Below, one piece after another: positions 1-12,854 of a stretch of DNA of 64,000 bases (within the stretch, counting starts at the first letter, position 1; each line of letters begins with the position of its first letter). The notes under the pieces were generated by a model. The model was not told the origin of the DNA and searched no databases. It saw only the letters and a list, made by a program, of their open reading frames with translations. Source of the stretch: Chiloscyllium plagiosum. Taxonomy: Eukaryota. A program made the position numbers and the translations under genes. The stretch is taken from contig NC_057734.1 in NCBI RefSeq assembly GCF_004010195.1, positions 39,533,520-39,597,519 of the forward strand, read 5' to 3'.

Positions 1-229
1 CAGAGGGTGGTACGTGTATGGAATGAGCTGCCAGAGGATGTGGTGGAGGCTGGTACAATTGCAACATTTAAGAGGCATTTGGATGGATATATGAATAGGA
101 AGGGTTTGGAGAGATATGGGCCAGGTGCTGGCAGGTGGGACTAGATTGGGATGGGATATCTGGTCGGCATAGACGGGTTTGACCGAAGGGTCTGTTTCCA
201 TGCTGTACATCTCTATGACTCTATGACTC
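1..229 (+). mobile_element. CR1 LINE 3' end
   Basis: Same 3' sequence as other CR1 copies in the window, ending in CTCTATGACTCTATGACTC. Confidence 0.9.
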
Positions 230-442
230 CAATTCACCAGAAGGTCTTCCTATCCTCTCACCACAACTTTGATTTATGAAAATGTTTTGGAGAAAGGTGA
301 GCATCTGTGCATTATTTTCTCATGAACTAACCTCTGATCTTCCAATTCAAATCATTGGTTCAGTCAATGGGGAGGTTTGAAGATTCGGCTTTGCAGCTTT
401 TCAGAGATTATACAACGACGAGTCATTAACTTGGTGCTAGGC

Positions 443-622
443 AAAAGTGAGGACTGCAGATGCTGGAAACAGAGTTTAGATTCGAGCGGTGCTGGAAAAG
501 CATAGCATGTCGGGCAGCATCCGAGGAGCAGGAAAATTGACGTTTCGGGCAAAGGGCGATTTTCCTGTTCCTCCGCGCTGCCTGACCTCCTGTGCTTTTC
601 CAGCACCAATCTAATCTCGACA
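443..622. mobile_element. Short palindromic Penelope-terminus derivative
   Basis: GTGAGGACTGCAGATGCTGG...GCTGGAAAAGCA...CGTTTCGGGC followed by its reverse complement; same family as 48691 and 62166. Confidence 0.75.
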
Positions 623-944
623 CTAATTTGATGCTGAAAACCGCAGGCCAAATTTTTTGATCAAGGGTTGCGTTGTGAATTTACAGGAAACTATATCCTC
701 TGGGACTTGGATGTCAACCACAGTGGGCAGAACCTGAATATCGGAGTGAGGCCATTCAGGTGTGGACTGGAAGTGCCTCTCAAAATCCCTAAAGCGTGGA
801 AGCAGGCTATTCAGCCATCGAGTCCACACTGACCCTACAAAGAGCATTTCACCCAGACCTACCCACAGCCCCACCCCTATTCTTGTAAACTTGCATTTCC
901 CATGGCTAATCCACCTTGCCTACACATTCCTGGACACTATGACC

Positions 945-1268
945 TAGTGATATTATTGCTGGACTGTTATTCCAGAGATCCAGATAATGTTCGGGGGACC
1001 TGGGTTCAGATCCTGCCAGAGCAGATGGTGGAATTCGAATTCAATAAGTATCTGCAATTAAGATTCTGATGACGAACTATAAATCTATTGCCCATCTGGT
1101 TCACTAATGTTCTTTAGGGAAGGAAATCTGCCATCCTTACCTGGTCTGGCCTACATGTAATTCCAGACCCACAGCAATGTGGTTGATGCTCAACTGCCAT
1201 CTAGGCAATTAGGGATCAGAGTAAAAGCTTTCTAGCCAGGGACACCTTCATTTCCACGAATGAACTAA
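945..1268 (+). mobile_element. tRNA-derived SINE (Deu/SacSINE1-like)
   Basis: A/B-box-like head (GGGTTCAGATCC) and core CCCATCTGGTTCACTAATG...GGAAGGAAATCTGCCATCCTTACCTGGTCTGGCCTACATG. Confidence 0.7.
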
Positions 1269-1271
1269 AAA

Positions 1272-1460
1272 TATTTAGCAGGGTCAATCCACCTAACCTG
1301 CACATCTTTAGACTATGAGAGGAAACCACAGCATTCAGAGCAAACCTATACAGACACAGGGAGAATGCGCAAACTTCACATAGACAGTTGCCCAAGGGTG
1401 GATTGGACCCAATCCCTGGTATGGTGAGGCAGCAATGCTAACCAGTGAGCCACCGTGCCA
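1272..1460 (-). mobile_element. HE1/V-SINE-like tRNA SINE
   Basis: Reverse complement of GGCACGGTGGCTCACTGGTTAGCATTGCTGCCTCAC head. Confidence 0.75.
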
Positions 1461-2129
1461 CATTAAGGATAGAGGAAACCGGGAACTCACTGCCCAACTG
1501 AAAACTTTGAAACAGAGATTGATAGATGTTTGTTAGGTCTGAGTATTTTGGGTTACAGAACCAAACGTGAGGAGATGGGCTTAAGATACAAATAAACCAT
1601 GATCCAATAGAGTGGAAGAATAGACTTGAGAGGCTGAATAGTTTCTATGTTCCAAAGCTGTAGGATGTAACCTTGAAATGATCAGAACATTGTGTAGCAC
1701 ATTGACGTTGGCAGGAGTTCAGGAGTTACCAACATCCTGTATGTTGGAATGTTCCAGGTGTTCCACTTGCAAAGACTCCCATAATTGTACTGTCTGACCA
1801 TAACTAATCCATAATTAATAGCCTAATTGTCACAACTACTGACATGCTTCCTTTGCAATTCAAAGAAGAATTACCTATATTTAAATGTCTTACTTGCCTC
1901 CTTTGACTCCATCTTGTGCTTTTAAAATTGTTAGAACCTACATGGGTAGATGATCCGTTTGACTAGAATCTTCCATGATGACATCATTTCAGCAACAGGA
2001 ACAAGTCTGACATAATTCTGCAAAAAAAACAAAACACCAAATGATTCCCCTCATTTTTGTTTAATGATGAAGAGATTCATAATTCTGGAAAAATCCAGTC
2101 AAGAGCAGCACAGTTCAGAGGCAAATGCT

Positions 2130-2452
2130 TTGGGTCCATGTGTCTAAATCCCAACCATATCAGCTTTTAGCATTTAAATTCAATTAAATAAGTCTAGAAC
2201 TAAAAACTAGTTGTGACTATGAAACCATTCGTGATTGTCATAAAAACCCATTTTGTTCACTTATGTTTAGGGAGAGAAGTCTGATGTCCTTACCCAAACT
2301 GACTTACGTATGATTCAAGACACACAACAATGTAATGGACTATTAGTTACCCTCTATTATAGCCAAGCAAATCACTCAATTCAAGAGGGACAGGCAACAA
2401 ATACCAGTCTTGCCAGCAAGGCCCATGTCCCACGCAAGAATAAACATTAAAA
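2130..2452 (+). mobile_element. Degenerate Deu/SacSINE1-like SINE
   Basis: Similar to 945-1268 (GAAACCATT...AAAAACCCAT...GTTCACT; tail GCCAGCAA..CCCATGTCCCA..AATAAA). Confidence 0.6.
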
Positions 2453-2469
2453 ATCCACTTCAACATTTA

Positions 2470-2643
2470 CAGAGGAACCTCGATTATCTGGCATTCAATT
2501 ATCCAAATATTGCATTATCCAGTAAGATTGCTAGGTCCCGATGCTTGGCTAGACTACATTATCCGGCATTCAATTATCCGGAATTCGATTAACTGAATGA
2601 AATACTCCCCACCCGTGTCCTTCAGATAATCGAGATTCCTCTA
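2470..2643. mobile_element. Tc1/mariner (pogo/Tigger-like) MITE
   Basis: TIRs CAGAGGAACCTCGATTATCTG ... CAGATAATCGAGATTCCTCT, TA on both sides, internal ATTATCC repeats. Confidence 0.8.
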
Positions 2644-2715
2644 TATTGCGTTTAAAATCATCTTTTAAGCTGCAGCACAAAATGTTTTGAAAGAATCAAT
2701 AAAAGCTTCACTAAC

Positions 2716-3965
2716 TTAGAGTCATAGAGATGTACAGCATGGAAACAGACCCTTCAGTCCAACGCGTCCATGCCGACCAGATATCCCAACCTAATCTAGT
2801 CCCACTTGCCAACATCCGGCCCATATCCCTCCAAACCCTTCTGATTCATATACCCATCCAGATGTCTTTTAAATCTTGCAATTATACAAGCCTCTATCAC
2901 TTCCTCTGGCAGCTCATTCCATACATGTACCACCCTCTGTGTGAAAAGGTTGCCCCAAGGTCTCTTTTATATCTTTCCCCTCTCACCCTAAACCTATGCC
3001 CTCTCGTTCCGGACTTCCCCACCCAGGGAAAAGATTTTGTCTATTTATGCCTCTCAATTTTATAAACGTCTTTAAGGTCACCCCTCAGCCTCTGACGCTC
3101 CAGGGAAAACAGCCCCAGCCTATTCAGCCTCTCCCTATAGCTCAATTCCTCCATCGTTGTAAATCTTTTCTGAAGCCTTTCAAGTTTCACAACATCTTTC
3201 CGATAGGAAGGAGACCAGAACTGCACACATTTTCCAAAGTGGCCAAACCAATGTCCTGTACAGCTGCAATATGGCCTCCCAACTCCTGTACTCAATACTC
3301 TCACCAATAAAGGAAAGCATACCAAACGCCTTCTTCACTATCCTGTCTACCTGTGACTCCATTTTCAAGGAGCTATGAACCTGCACTCCAAGGTCTCTTT
3401 GTTCAGCAACACTCCCGAGGCCCTTACCATTAAGTGTATAAGCCCTGCTAAGATTTGCTTTCCCAAAATGCAGTACCTCGCATTTATCTAAATTAAACTC
3501 CATCTGCCACTCCTCAGCCCATTGGTCCATCTGATCAAGATCCCGTTGTAATAAGAGGTAACCTCCTTTGCTGTCCACTATACCTCCAATTTTGATGTCA
3601 TCTGCAAACTTACTAACTCTACCTCTTATGCTCATATCCAAGTCATTTATATAAATGACAAAAAGTAGTGGGCCCAGCACCGATCCTTGTGGCACTCCAC
3701 TGGTCACAGGCCTCCAGCCTGAAAAATAACCCTCCACCAACATCCTCTGTCTTCTACCTTTGAGCCAGTTTTCTATCCAAATGGATAGTTCTCCCTGTAT
3801 TCCATGTGATCCAACCTTGCCAACCATGGGGAACCTCGTCGAATGCCTTACTGAAGTCCACCGCTGCTCTTCAAAAAACTCAATCAAGTTGGTGAGACAA
3901 TCTCCCACACACAAAGCCATGTTGACTATCTCTAATTAGTCCTTGCCTTTCCAAACACATGTACT
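2716..3965 (-). mobile_element. CR1 LINE, 5'-truncated, RT fragment
   Basis: ORF 3180-3920 contains GVPQGSVLGPLLFVIYINDL...KFADD; CR1 tail at about 2716. Confidence 0.95.
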
Positions 3966-6412
3966 TACTTCACTAGCTTCTATGTTGAATACATCGCCGT
4001 AGAGGAAGAAATTCCTGGAACATAGGATAGATTTCAAGATCAATGTATTGCGGAACCAACTAGAAAACAGGTCATCCTAGACTGGTATTGTGTAATTAAA
4101 AGGGGATAATTGGTAATCTAGGTCTGCAGGGTCCCTTAGGGGAGAGTGACCATAATATGATAGAAATTTTCATGAAGGTGGGCAGTGTCGCAGTTGGTTC
4201 TGAACTCAGAGTACTGAATCTTAAATAAAGGAAAGTATGAGCGAGTTTTGAGAAGATTTGTATGATGGTATAAAACTATAATGGTATGACGCGCAACCTG
4301 CCCAAGATAAATTGGGGAACATTACTTAAAGGAGAGGTAATGGAGGAAATTTAACAAGCATGTGAAGGAACTGCAACAATTGTTCAGTCCTGTCTAGCAC
4401 AAAAATAAAACGCAAAATATATCCCGACCATGGCTAATAAGGGAAATTAAAGATAGTTTATATTCATGAAAGGAACATACAAATTGCCCACAAAACGCAG
4501 TAGACTTGAGGACTGGGAGCAGTTTAGATTTCAACAAAGGAGGAAGAGGACAAAGACATTGAATAAGAGGGGGATCATAAACTTACATAAGAGTAAGTTT
4601 GTGGGAGAACATGCATAAGGGAAAGGTTTAAAGGAGATGTGCAAGGTTGGTTTTTCTTTATGTAGAAGGTGGTAGGTGCCTGAACATGCTGCCATGTGGG
4701 AGAAGCAAATATGTTAGCAACATTTAAAAGGCATTTGAACAGACACATGTACAGGCAGGACATAGAGGGATACAGAGCATGTGCAGGCAGAGGGGATTAG
4801 TTTAAAATGGCATCATGGTCAGCACAGAGAAGATGGGCCAATGGTCCTGTTCCTCTGCTGTACTGTTCTATGTTTGATGACAGTGTATGCTCCCTGTCTC
4901 AGTATCAGGGTTATCAAAACTGTGGACCATCATCTTCCCACCTCCCTTCCTCACAATTCTCACCGAGGGGTCATGGCAGTTTTCAAGTCTTGAAAATGAG
5001 TCACAGTAGGGACAAAGGTTTGGGAAATGGCAATCGCTTCTGGGTTGGAAGCCACTTCTAACTCAATGTAACTTTTTTAAAAAGCAATTCATTCAAACAT
5101 ATTCAGTGTACTACGCTCGTTCATTCTTTATGACGCATTACTGCAACAATGTCCAGTACTCTTACCATTGCTGTTAAATCTATCTTCTGTCACTCCCCAT
5201 ATTGAAGTAAATTTAATCCATTCATGATAAGTCAGCAGCAGCGCACTGAAGGCTAATTGAAACAACCGGCAGTCCAGAGAGTTCTTCCTGATGAGGGAGT
5301 CTTAAATCAACTAGACGTAATTAACAGTGTAACAAAAGTACAGTACACAGAACAGCACCCTCCTCCAGGCACGCAAGCATTTAAGGTATCCCTTAGAAGT
5401 TTGAGATAGGGAAGTTAGGTGTCGTGCACTTTGCCCTGAAATAAAGGATTTCTGGTTTCCAACTTCCTGTTCTCCTGGATCATGTGATGACTCGTTGGAA
5501 TGTTTGCTGCACAGATCTAGGCATGTTCTGCCAGTTCAAATTAGCCAGCGCAAAATTAGATTTAGCTGACTGCTGAAACATGAATTATGTACAGCCCTTA
5601 CAGGGGGAGCATTTTTAACTCTATCCCACTATATAAAGCAAAAGTTCCATTTGGCTGCCATCTGTTATGCCACCTACTGTACAAAAATGTAAAGTTTGTA
5701 TTGAGTGCTGCTTTCCGATTTTTCTCAGCGTGTTCCTTTGCCAGGAACTTCCGCATCAGTGCGGAATATAATAGGTTGCAATCCTGGTCATAAATGCATG
5801 ATCGTATTCACGCTAAAAAGTAAAGACCACAAATGTTAACTTTTTAAAAAATACATAGATAATTAGAATCTTGGTGGTAGAGTCATAGAGATGTACAGCA
5901 CGGAATTAAACCTTTGGGTCCAACTTGTCCAGATATCCTAAACTAATCCAGTCCCATTTGCCAGCACTTGGCCCAAATCCCTCTAAAGCCTTCCTATTTA
6001 AATGTTGTAATAGAACCAGCCTCCACCGCTTCCTCTGGCAGCTCATTCCACACATGCACCACCACCCTCTGCATGAAAAAGTGGCTTCTTGAGGTGGATT
6101 TCAAATTTTTCCCCTCTCACTCTAAACCTACACCCTCCAGTTTTGGACTCCCCTATTACAGTGTCAAGAATATCAGGAAAACTCTCAGGTTCATCAGGTG
6201 GTCCCGTAAGTTCACAATCTAAAAACGGCAAACTCAAAACTGTAACCACAACATTTTATACTACTATAGCGCCTTTAAGATAAGGAAGGGGCGAGGCCAC
6301 GGAGGGATTTGAAAACAAGGCTGAGAATTTTTCAAATCAAGATGTTGCCTGACTGGGAGTTAGTGCAGGTCAGCGAGCAAAGGGGGAAGAGTGAAACAGA
6401 ACTTTTTCTAAG

Positions 6413-6613
6413 GCGAAAGTGAGGACTACAGATGCTGGAAACCAGAGTTTAGATCAGAGTGGTGCTGGAAAAGCACAGCAGGTCAGGCAGCATCCGAGGA
6501 GCAGGAAAATCGACGTTTCAGGTATAAGCTCTTCATCAGGAATGGAGGCAGGGAGCCTGCAGGGTGGAGAGATAAGTGGGGGGAAGGGTGCTGGGGAGAA
6601 GGTAGCAAAGAGT
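6413..6613 (-). mobile_element. Penelope-like terminal fragment with hammerhead motif
   Basis: CTGATGA..GAAACGTC on the minus strand at 6508-6544; near-TSD ACTTTTTC(T/C)AAG at 6401 and 6614. Confidence 0.75.
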
Positions 6614-6929
6614 ACTTTTTCCAAGTTAGGACACAAAGGCAGTAGAGTTTGGATGATCTCAAGTTTAAGTAGTATAGATTGTGGTAGATAAGCAGGAATG
6701 GGTTGCTGTAGCCAAAGCTGGAGATAATTGAGACGTGGATGAGGGTTTAAGCAGTACATAGACCAAGACAGGGGTAATTTTGAAATGTGTTTACTGCCGA
6801 GAATCCTTCTGACATACACGAGTAGGTCTCACGTTGTACTGTTAACAGTCAAATGATAGGATTTCTTCGAACAACCATAGAATTACATTGAATTCACAGA
6901 ACAGAAACAAGCCATTCATCCTCACAGCT

Positions 6930-7735
6930 CAATGCTAAGTGAGTTGGCAGGACTGTGGCAGATGGAATTCAGTGTAAGCAAGTATGAGGTTATCCATTTT
7001 GGGCCAAGAAAGGATCGATCAGGGTACTTTCCAGATAGTATGGAGTCAAATACAGTGGTTGTCCAAAGACCCTTGGGTGTTTGGGTACATAAATCTTTAA
7101 AATGTCACAACCAACTACAGAAAATAATCATGAAAGACGAATGAACTGTTGGCCTTTATATGTAGAGGCTTAGAGTACAAGGGTGCAGATGTTATGGTGC
7201 AGTTGTACAAAACCCTGGTTAGACCCCACTTGAAGTCCTGTAAGCAGATCTGGGCACCATACCCGAGGAAGGATAAATTGGCCTTGCAGGCAGGTTTACA
7301 GGAATGACACCTGAACTTTAGAGGTTAAGTTATGAGGAGAGATTATACAAATTAGGCCTCTTTTCTCTAGACTTCAGAACGTTAAGGGGTGATCTGATGA
7401 AACTCTTCAAGATATTAACAGGAAAAGACAGGGTAGATAAAGATGAATTATTTACATTAATTGGGGATTCTAGAACTCGATGCATAGTGCGAAAATTAGG
7501 GCCAGCCATTCAGTAGAGATGTTGTGAAGCAAAGGATAACAGATATTTGGAATTCTCTTCCACAAACAGCAGTGGATGCTCGATCAGTTGTTAATCTTAA
7601 ATCTGAGATTGATAAACTATTGTTAAGCAAAGGTATTACAGGATCTGGGTCAAAGACAAGTCTATGGATTTAGGACATAGATCATTGAATGGTGGAACAG
7701 GCTAGAGAAACTGAATGGCCTATTCCTGTTCCAAT
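6930..7735 (+). mobile_element. Older CR1 LINE 3' fragment
   Basis: WQMEFSVSKYEVIHFG and downstream CR1 C-terminal motifs, degenerate. Confidence 0.8.
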
Positions 7736-7879
7736 TTTCCTGTGACTCCAACCAACAGAGAGTTTGCCCCTGGATACCCATTTTTTCCAGTTTTGCTAGG
7801 GCTCCTTGATACCACTCTCGAAAGAGACCTTGATGTCAAAGGCTGTCCCTCTCACTTTCCCTCTGAAATTCTGCTCTGA

Positions 7880-10048
7880 GATACAGGCTACTGGCCTAGA
7901 TGGGATTGAGGTGACTAAGGAGGAGATGTTAGCAATTCTGGAAAGTGTAAAAATAAATAAATCCCCTGGACTGGATGGGATTTATTCTAGGATTCTCGGG
8001 GAAGCCAGGAAAGCGATTGCCAAGCCTTTGGCTTTGATCTTTATTTTGTCATTGTCTACAGGAATAGGGCCGGAAGACTGGAGGATAGCAAATGTTGTTC
8101 CCTTGTTCAAGAAGGGAGTAGAGACAACCCTGGAAATTATAGACCTATGAGCCTTACTTTGGTTGTGGGTAAAGTGTTGGAAAGGGTTATAAGAGATAGG
8201 ATTTATAATAATCTAGAAAGGAATAAGTTGATTAGGGATAGTCAACATGGTGAAGGGTAGGTCATGCCTCACAAACCTTATTGAGTTCTTTGAGAATGTG
8301 ACCAAACAAGTGGATGAGGGTGAAGCAATTGATGTGGTGTTTTGGATTTCAGTAAGATGTTTGATAAGATTCCCCATGGTAGGCTATTGCACAAAATATG
8401 GAGGCATGGGCTTGAGGGTGATTTAATGGTTTGGTTCAGAAATTGGCTCGCTGAGAGAAGACAGAGGGTGGTGGTTGATGGGAAATATTCATCCTGGAGT
8501 TCAGTTACTAGTGGGGTACGGCAAGGATCCGTTTTGGGTCCACTGTTGTTTGTCATTTTTATAAATGACCTGGATAAGGGCATGGAAGGATGGGTTAGTA
8601 AATTTGCGGATGACACTAAGGTCGATAGAGTTGTGGATAGTGACAAAGGATATTGTAGGTTACAGAGAGACCTAGATAAGCTGCAGAGGTGGCAAATGGA
8701 GTTTAATACAGGAAAGTGTGAGGTGATTCACTTTGGAAGGAGTAACAGGAATGCAGAGTACTGGGCTAATGGTCAGATTCTTGGTAGTGTAGATGAGCAG
8801 AGAGATCTCAGTGTTCAGATATGTAGATCCTTGAAAGTTGCCACCCAGGTCGATAGGGTTGTTAAGAATTCATACGGTGTGTTATCTTTTATTGGTAGAG
8901 AGATTGAGTTTTGGAACCGTGAAGTAATGCTGCAGCTGTACAAAACTCTGGTGCGGCCACATTTGGAGTATTGCATACAGTTCTGGTCACCGCATTATAG
9001 GAAAGATGTGGAAGCTTTGGAAAGGGTTCAGAGGAGATTTACTAGGATGTTGTCTGTTATGGAGGGAAGGTCTTACAAGAAAAAGCTGAGGCACCTGAGG
9101 CTGTTTTCATTGGAGAGAAGAAGGTTGAGAGGTGACTTGAGACATATAAGATAATCAGAGGGTTAAATAGGGTGGACAGTGAGAGACTTTTTCCTTGGAT
9201 GATGATGGCTAGCACGAGGAGACATAGCTTTAAATTGAGGGGTGATCGATATAGGACAGATGTCAGAGGTAGTTTCTTTACTCGGAGAGTAGTAAGAGCT
9301 GAAAATGTGTTGCTGGAAAAGCGCAGCAGGTCAGGCAGCATCCAAGGAACAGGAGAATCGACGTTTCGGGCATAAGCCCTTCTTCAGGAATGAGGAAAGT
9401 GTGTCCAGCAGGCTAAGATAAAAGATAGGGAGGAGGGACTTGGGGGAGGGGCGTTGGAATTGCGATAGGTGGAGGGAGGTCAAGGTGAGGGTGATAGGCC
9501 GGAGTGGGGTGGGGGCGGAGAGGTCAGGAAGAAGATTGCAGGTTAAGAAGGCGGTGCTGAGTTCGAGGGATTTGACTGAGACAAGGTGGGGGGAGGGGAA
9601 ATGAGGAAACTGGAGAAATCTGAGTTCATCCCTTGTGGTTGGAGGGTTCCCAGGCAGGAGATGAGGCGCTCTTCCTCCAACCGTCGTGTTGCCATGGTCT
9701 GGCGATGGAGGAGTCCAAGGACCTGCATGTCCTTGGTGGAGTGGGAGAGGGAGTTAAAGTGTTGGGCTACGGGGTGGTTGGGTTGGTTGGTCCGGGTGTC
9801 CCAGAGGTGTTCTCTGAAACGTTCCGCAAGTAGGCGGCCTGTCTCCCCAATATAGAGGAGGTCACATCGGGTGGCCACACCCGATGTGGCATCTTCTATA
9901 TTGGGGCCCGATGTGGCCTTCTCTGTTGGGGCCCGATGTGGACGAGAGTGGAATAATGTAGGTTAGGTGGGCTTCAGATTGGTTCCACGAGTTGGCGCAA
10001 CATCAAGGGCTGAAAGGCCTATATTGCGCTGTAATGTTCTATGTTCTC
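7880..10048 (+). mobile_element. CR1 LINE ORF2 (RT), interrupted by a Penelope-like element
   Basis: ORFs 7806-8150 (KSPGLDGI..PEDWRIANVVPLFKKG) and 8342-9154 (QGSVLGPLLF..FADD); tail GTTCTATGTTCT at about 10045. Confidence 0.95.
9296..9872 (-). mobile_element. Penelope-like element, GIY-YIG endonuclease fragment plus terminus
   Basis: ORF 9543-9878 LLYIGETGRLLAERFREH...VAQHFN...EEERLI; hammerhead motif at 9356-9392. Confidence 0.9.
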
Positions 10049-10319
10049 TCTTATCCACATGGAACCAAGGCTGTAATGAGGTCAGGAGCTGGGTAGCCCA
10101 AGTGGAACCCAAACTGAGTGTCAGTGAGCAGGTTATTGCTGAGCAGGTGTTGCATAATAGCACTATTGATTACACTTTCCAACACTTTACCGATGGGGTT
10201 GTAAATGGCCAGGTTGGATTTGTCCTGGTTTTTGCATACAGGATATTTTCCTGTGAAATTTTCCACACTGTCGTGTAGATGCCAGTCTTGTAACTGTACT
10301 GGAAGGGTAAGAGGTTAGG

Positions 10320-12040
10320 TTTAGACAACTGGGATAATGTGACTCTCTTGAAGAATATAAGGAGTGTGGGGGCATTCTTAACAGGGAAATCAGGAAGGGA
10401 GAAAGGAGATATGAGATAGCCTTGGCAGGTAAGGTTAAGGATAATCCAAAGGGATTCTACAAATACATTAAGAGCAAAAGAATAACTAGGGAGAGAATAA
10501 AGATCAACAAGATCATCTATGTGTGGAACCACAGGCAATGGGAGAGATACTAAACAAATATTTTGCATCAGATTTTACTGTGGAGAAAGACATGGAGGCT
10601 ACAGAAATACATAAAAATTAAGGGAATTCAGAGAAATAATATTGATGGCTTGAAAACAGGCCACATTACAGAATGTGGACAATAAACATAAGGGTGGATA
10701 AATCTCTGGGACTGATCAAGTGTATCCCAGGATGTTGTGGGAAGTTAGGGAAGAAATTGTGAGGCCTCTAGCAGAGATATTTTTATCATCTACAGCCATA
10801 GGTGAGGTGCCAGAGGACTGGAAGGTAGCAAATTTGTGCCTTTATTCAAGAAAGGCTGTAATCAAAAGCCTGGGAATTATAGACCAGTGAGTTTGACATC
10901 ACTAATGGGGATTCTGAAAGACATGCTTTGGAAAGGCACAGACTGATTATGAATAATCAGCATGACTTTGTGCATAGGAAATTGTGTCTCTCAAGCTTGA
11001 TGGAGTTTTCTGAGGATATAACAAAAGAGATTGATGATGTCAACCTGATAGAAGGTATCTACATTGACTTTAGTAAAGTCTTTGACAAGGTTCCAAAAGG
11101 TCCCAGACTGATTAGTAAAGTTAGGTCACATGGGTATGAGAGCGCTAGCCAATTGGACACAAAATTGGTTTGAGGGTTGGAGATAGAGGGTTCTTTTACG
11201 AACTGGAAGCCTGTGACCAGCAGCCTTCTGCAGGGATTCTGCAGAAATTCCCTTAATTTTTATATAAATGATTTGGATGAGAATATAGGAGGCATGGTTA
11301 GTAAGTTTGCAGATCAAAATTGTGGTATAGTGGACAGGGAAGGAGGTTATTTAAGATTACAAAGGGATCTTAATCAATTGGGCCAATGGGCTGAGAAGTG
11401 ACAGATGGAGTTTAATTTGGATAAATGCAAGGTATTGCATTTTGGTAAAACAAACTGGGACAGGATTTACACAGTGTGGGTGGTGTTGTAGAATAGAGAG
11501 ACCAAGGGATTCAGGTACATAGTTCCTGAAAACTGCATCACAGGCAAACAGGGTAGTTAAGAAGTGTTTAGCACACTTGCCTTCATTACTCAGACCACTG
11601 AGTAAAGGAGTTGGGACCTCACGTTGAGGTTGAATAGGACATTGCTGAGGCCACTTATGGAGTGGTGTGTACATTTCTCCCACCCTGTTATTGGAAGGAT
11701 ATTATTAAATTGGAGGGGGTTCAGAAAGAATTCACCTGGATATTGCCTGGACTGGAGGGTTTGAGTTATAAGAAGAGGCTGGATAGGCTGGGACTTTTTT
11801 CACTGGAGCACAGGAGGTTGAGGGTTCACCTTATAGAGGTTTATAAAATCATAAGGGGCATAGATAAGGTGAAAAGCAAAGGACTTTTCCCTCGGGTGGG
11901 TGAGTTCAAAACTAGATGTCATATTTTTAGGGTGAGAGGAAAAAGATTGACGAGGGATCTGAGGGGCAATATCTTCACACAGAGAGTGGTTCATATGTGG
12001 AATGAATTGCCAGAGAAAATGGTAGATGCAGGTACAGCAG
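10320..12040 (+). mobile_element. Degenerate CR1 LINE ORF2
   Basis: Frameshifted RT segments (YIDFSKVFDKVP, INDLDENIGGMVSKFAD, LFSLEHRRLR). Confidence 0.9.
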
Positions 12041-12854
12041 GATTAGGTGAATTGCTTTTGCAGAATTGAAACCATTCTATGATGGAATGAGCTGGCACAG
12101 GCATAAATGGCTTCTTGATAGGATGTATGGTTGTAAGGTTAAACAAAATAGCAAGCTAAATCTCAAGATTGATAAATTACAAGTGTAGGCTTGCATCTCC
12201 TTTCTTCATTGTGTGGTGTGTTAAATTGTTGCTGACTGTGGCTGCTTAAGGTGCTGCTTAGGATTGTAGCCCTCAGCAGAACATTTATAACACTGTCTAC
12301 TAAACATGTATGTGCAACATCAGCTTTTAATGTTTCCAAAATTTAGAAACTTTAATTAACACTTTCAAGGAATTTATCCAAATACTAAATCTGACTCATT
12401 GATGACACTGACACTTTGAATGATCATGTTTATAATGAGCATTGCCGGAAATTGTATTTGATGACGACATAATCAACTGGTTTTGTTTTTTTTTGTTGTC
12501 AAGTGCTAAGATTGTGTTGATAAATCTTATTACGTTATGTATCCAGAAACTAAAATTACCACCAGACTGACCACAATTGTATCACGTCTAGGTGAGACCT
12601 CACCTCTGGAGTACAGTGTACAGTTTTAACATCCTGACCTGAGCAAGCGCATACTCACCTGAGAGGATGCATTGAAAGTTCATTAGACTGTGAGCTTAAC
12701 TTTGGTGCTGGCAGACCTTCTGGAAAAAAATATTCAGGTTAGAATTAATAGTCATGTGGAAAAATGTGAGGTGATTTGGAGGAGTTAGCATGAATTTCTT
12801 AAATTATGCCAAACTAAATTGTTGGAAAATTTTGAAGAGTTAACCTTGGTGCAA

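Noticed and set aside
2470-2643. Repeated ATTATCC units resembling a CRISPR-like array
   Set aside because: Short irregular internal repeats of a TA-flanked MITE in a eukaryotic context; no cas genes
8342-9154. 270-aa ORF (and similar ORFs at 3180, 14072, 57614) as a host gene
   Set aside because: These are CR1 reverse-transcriptase fragments, multi-copy and frameshifted at their flanks
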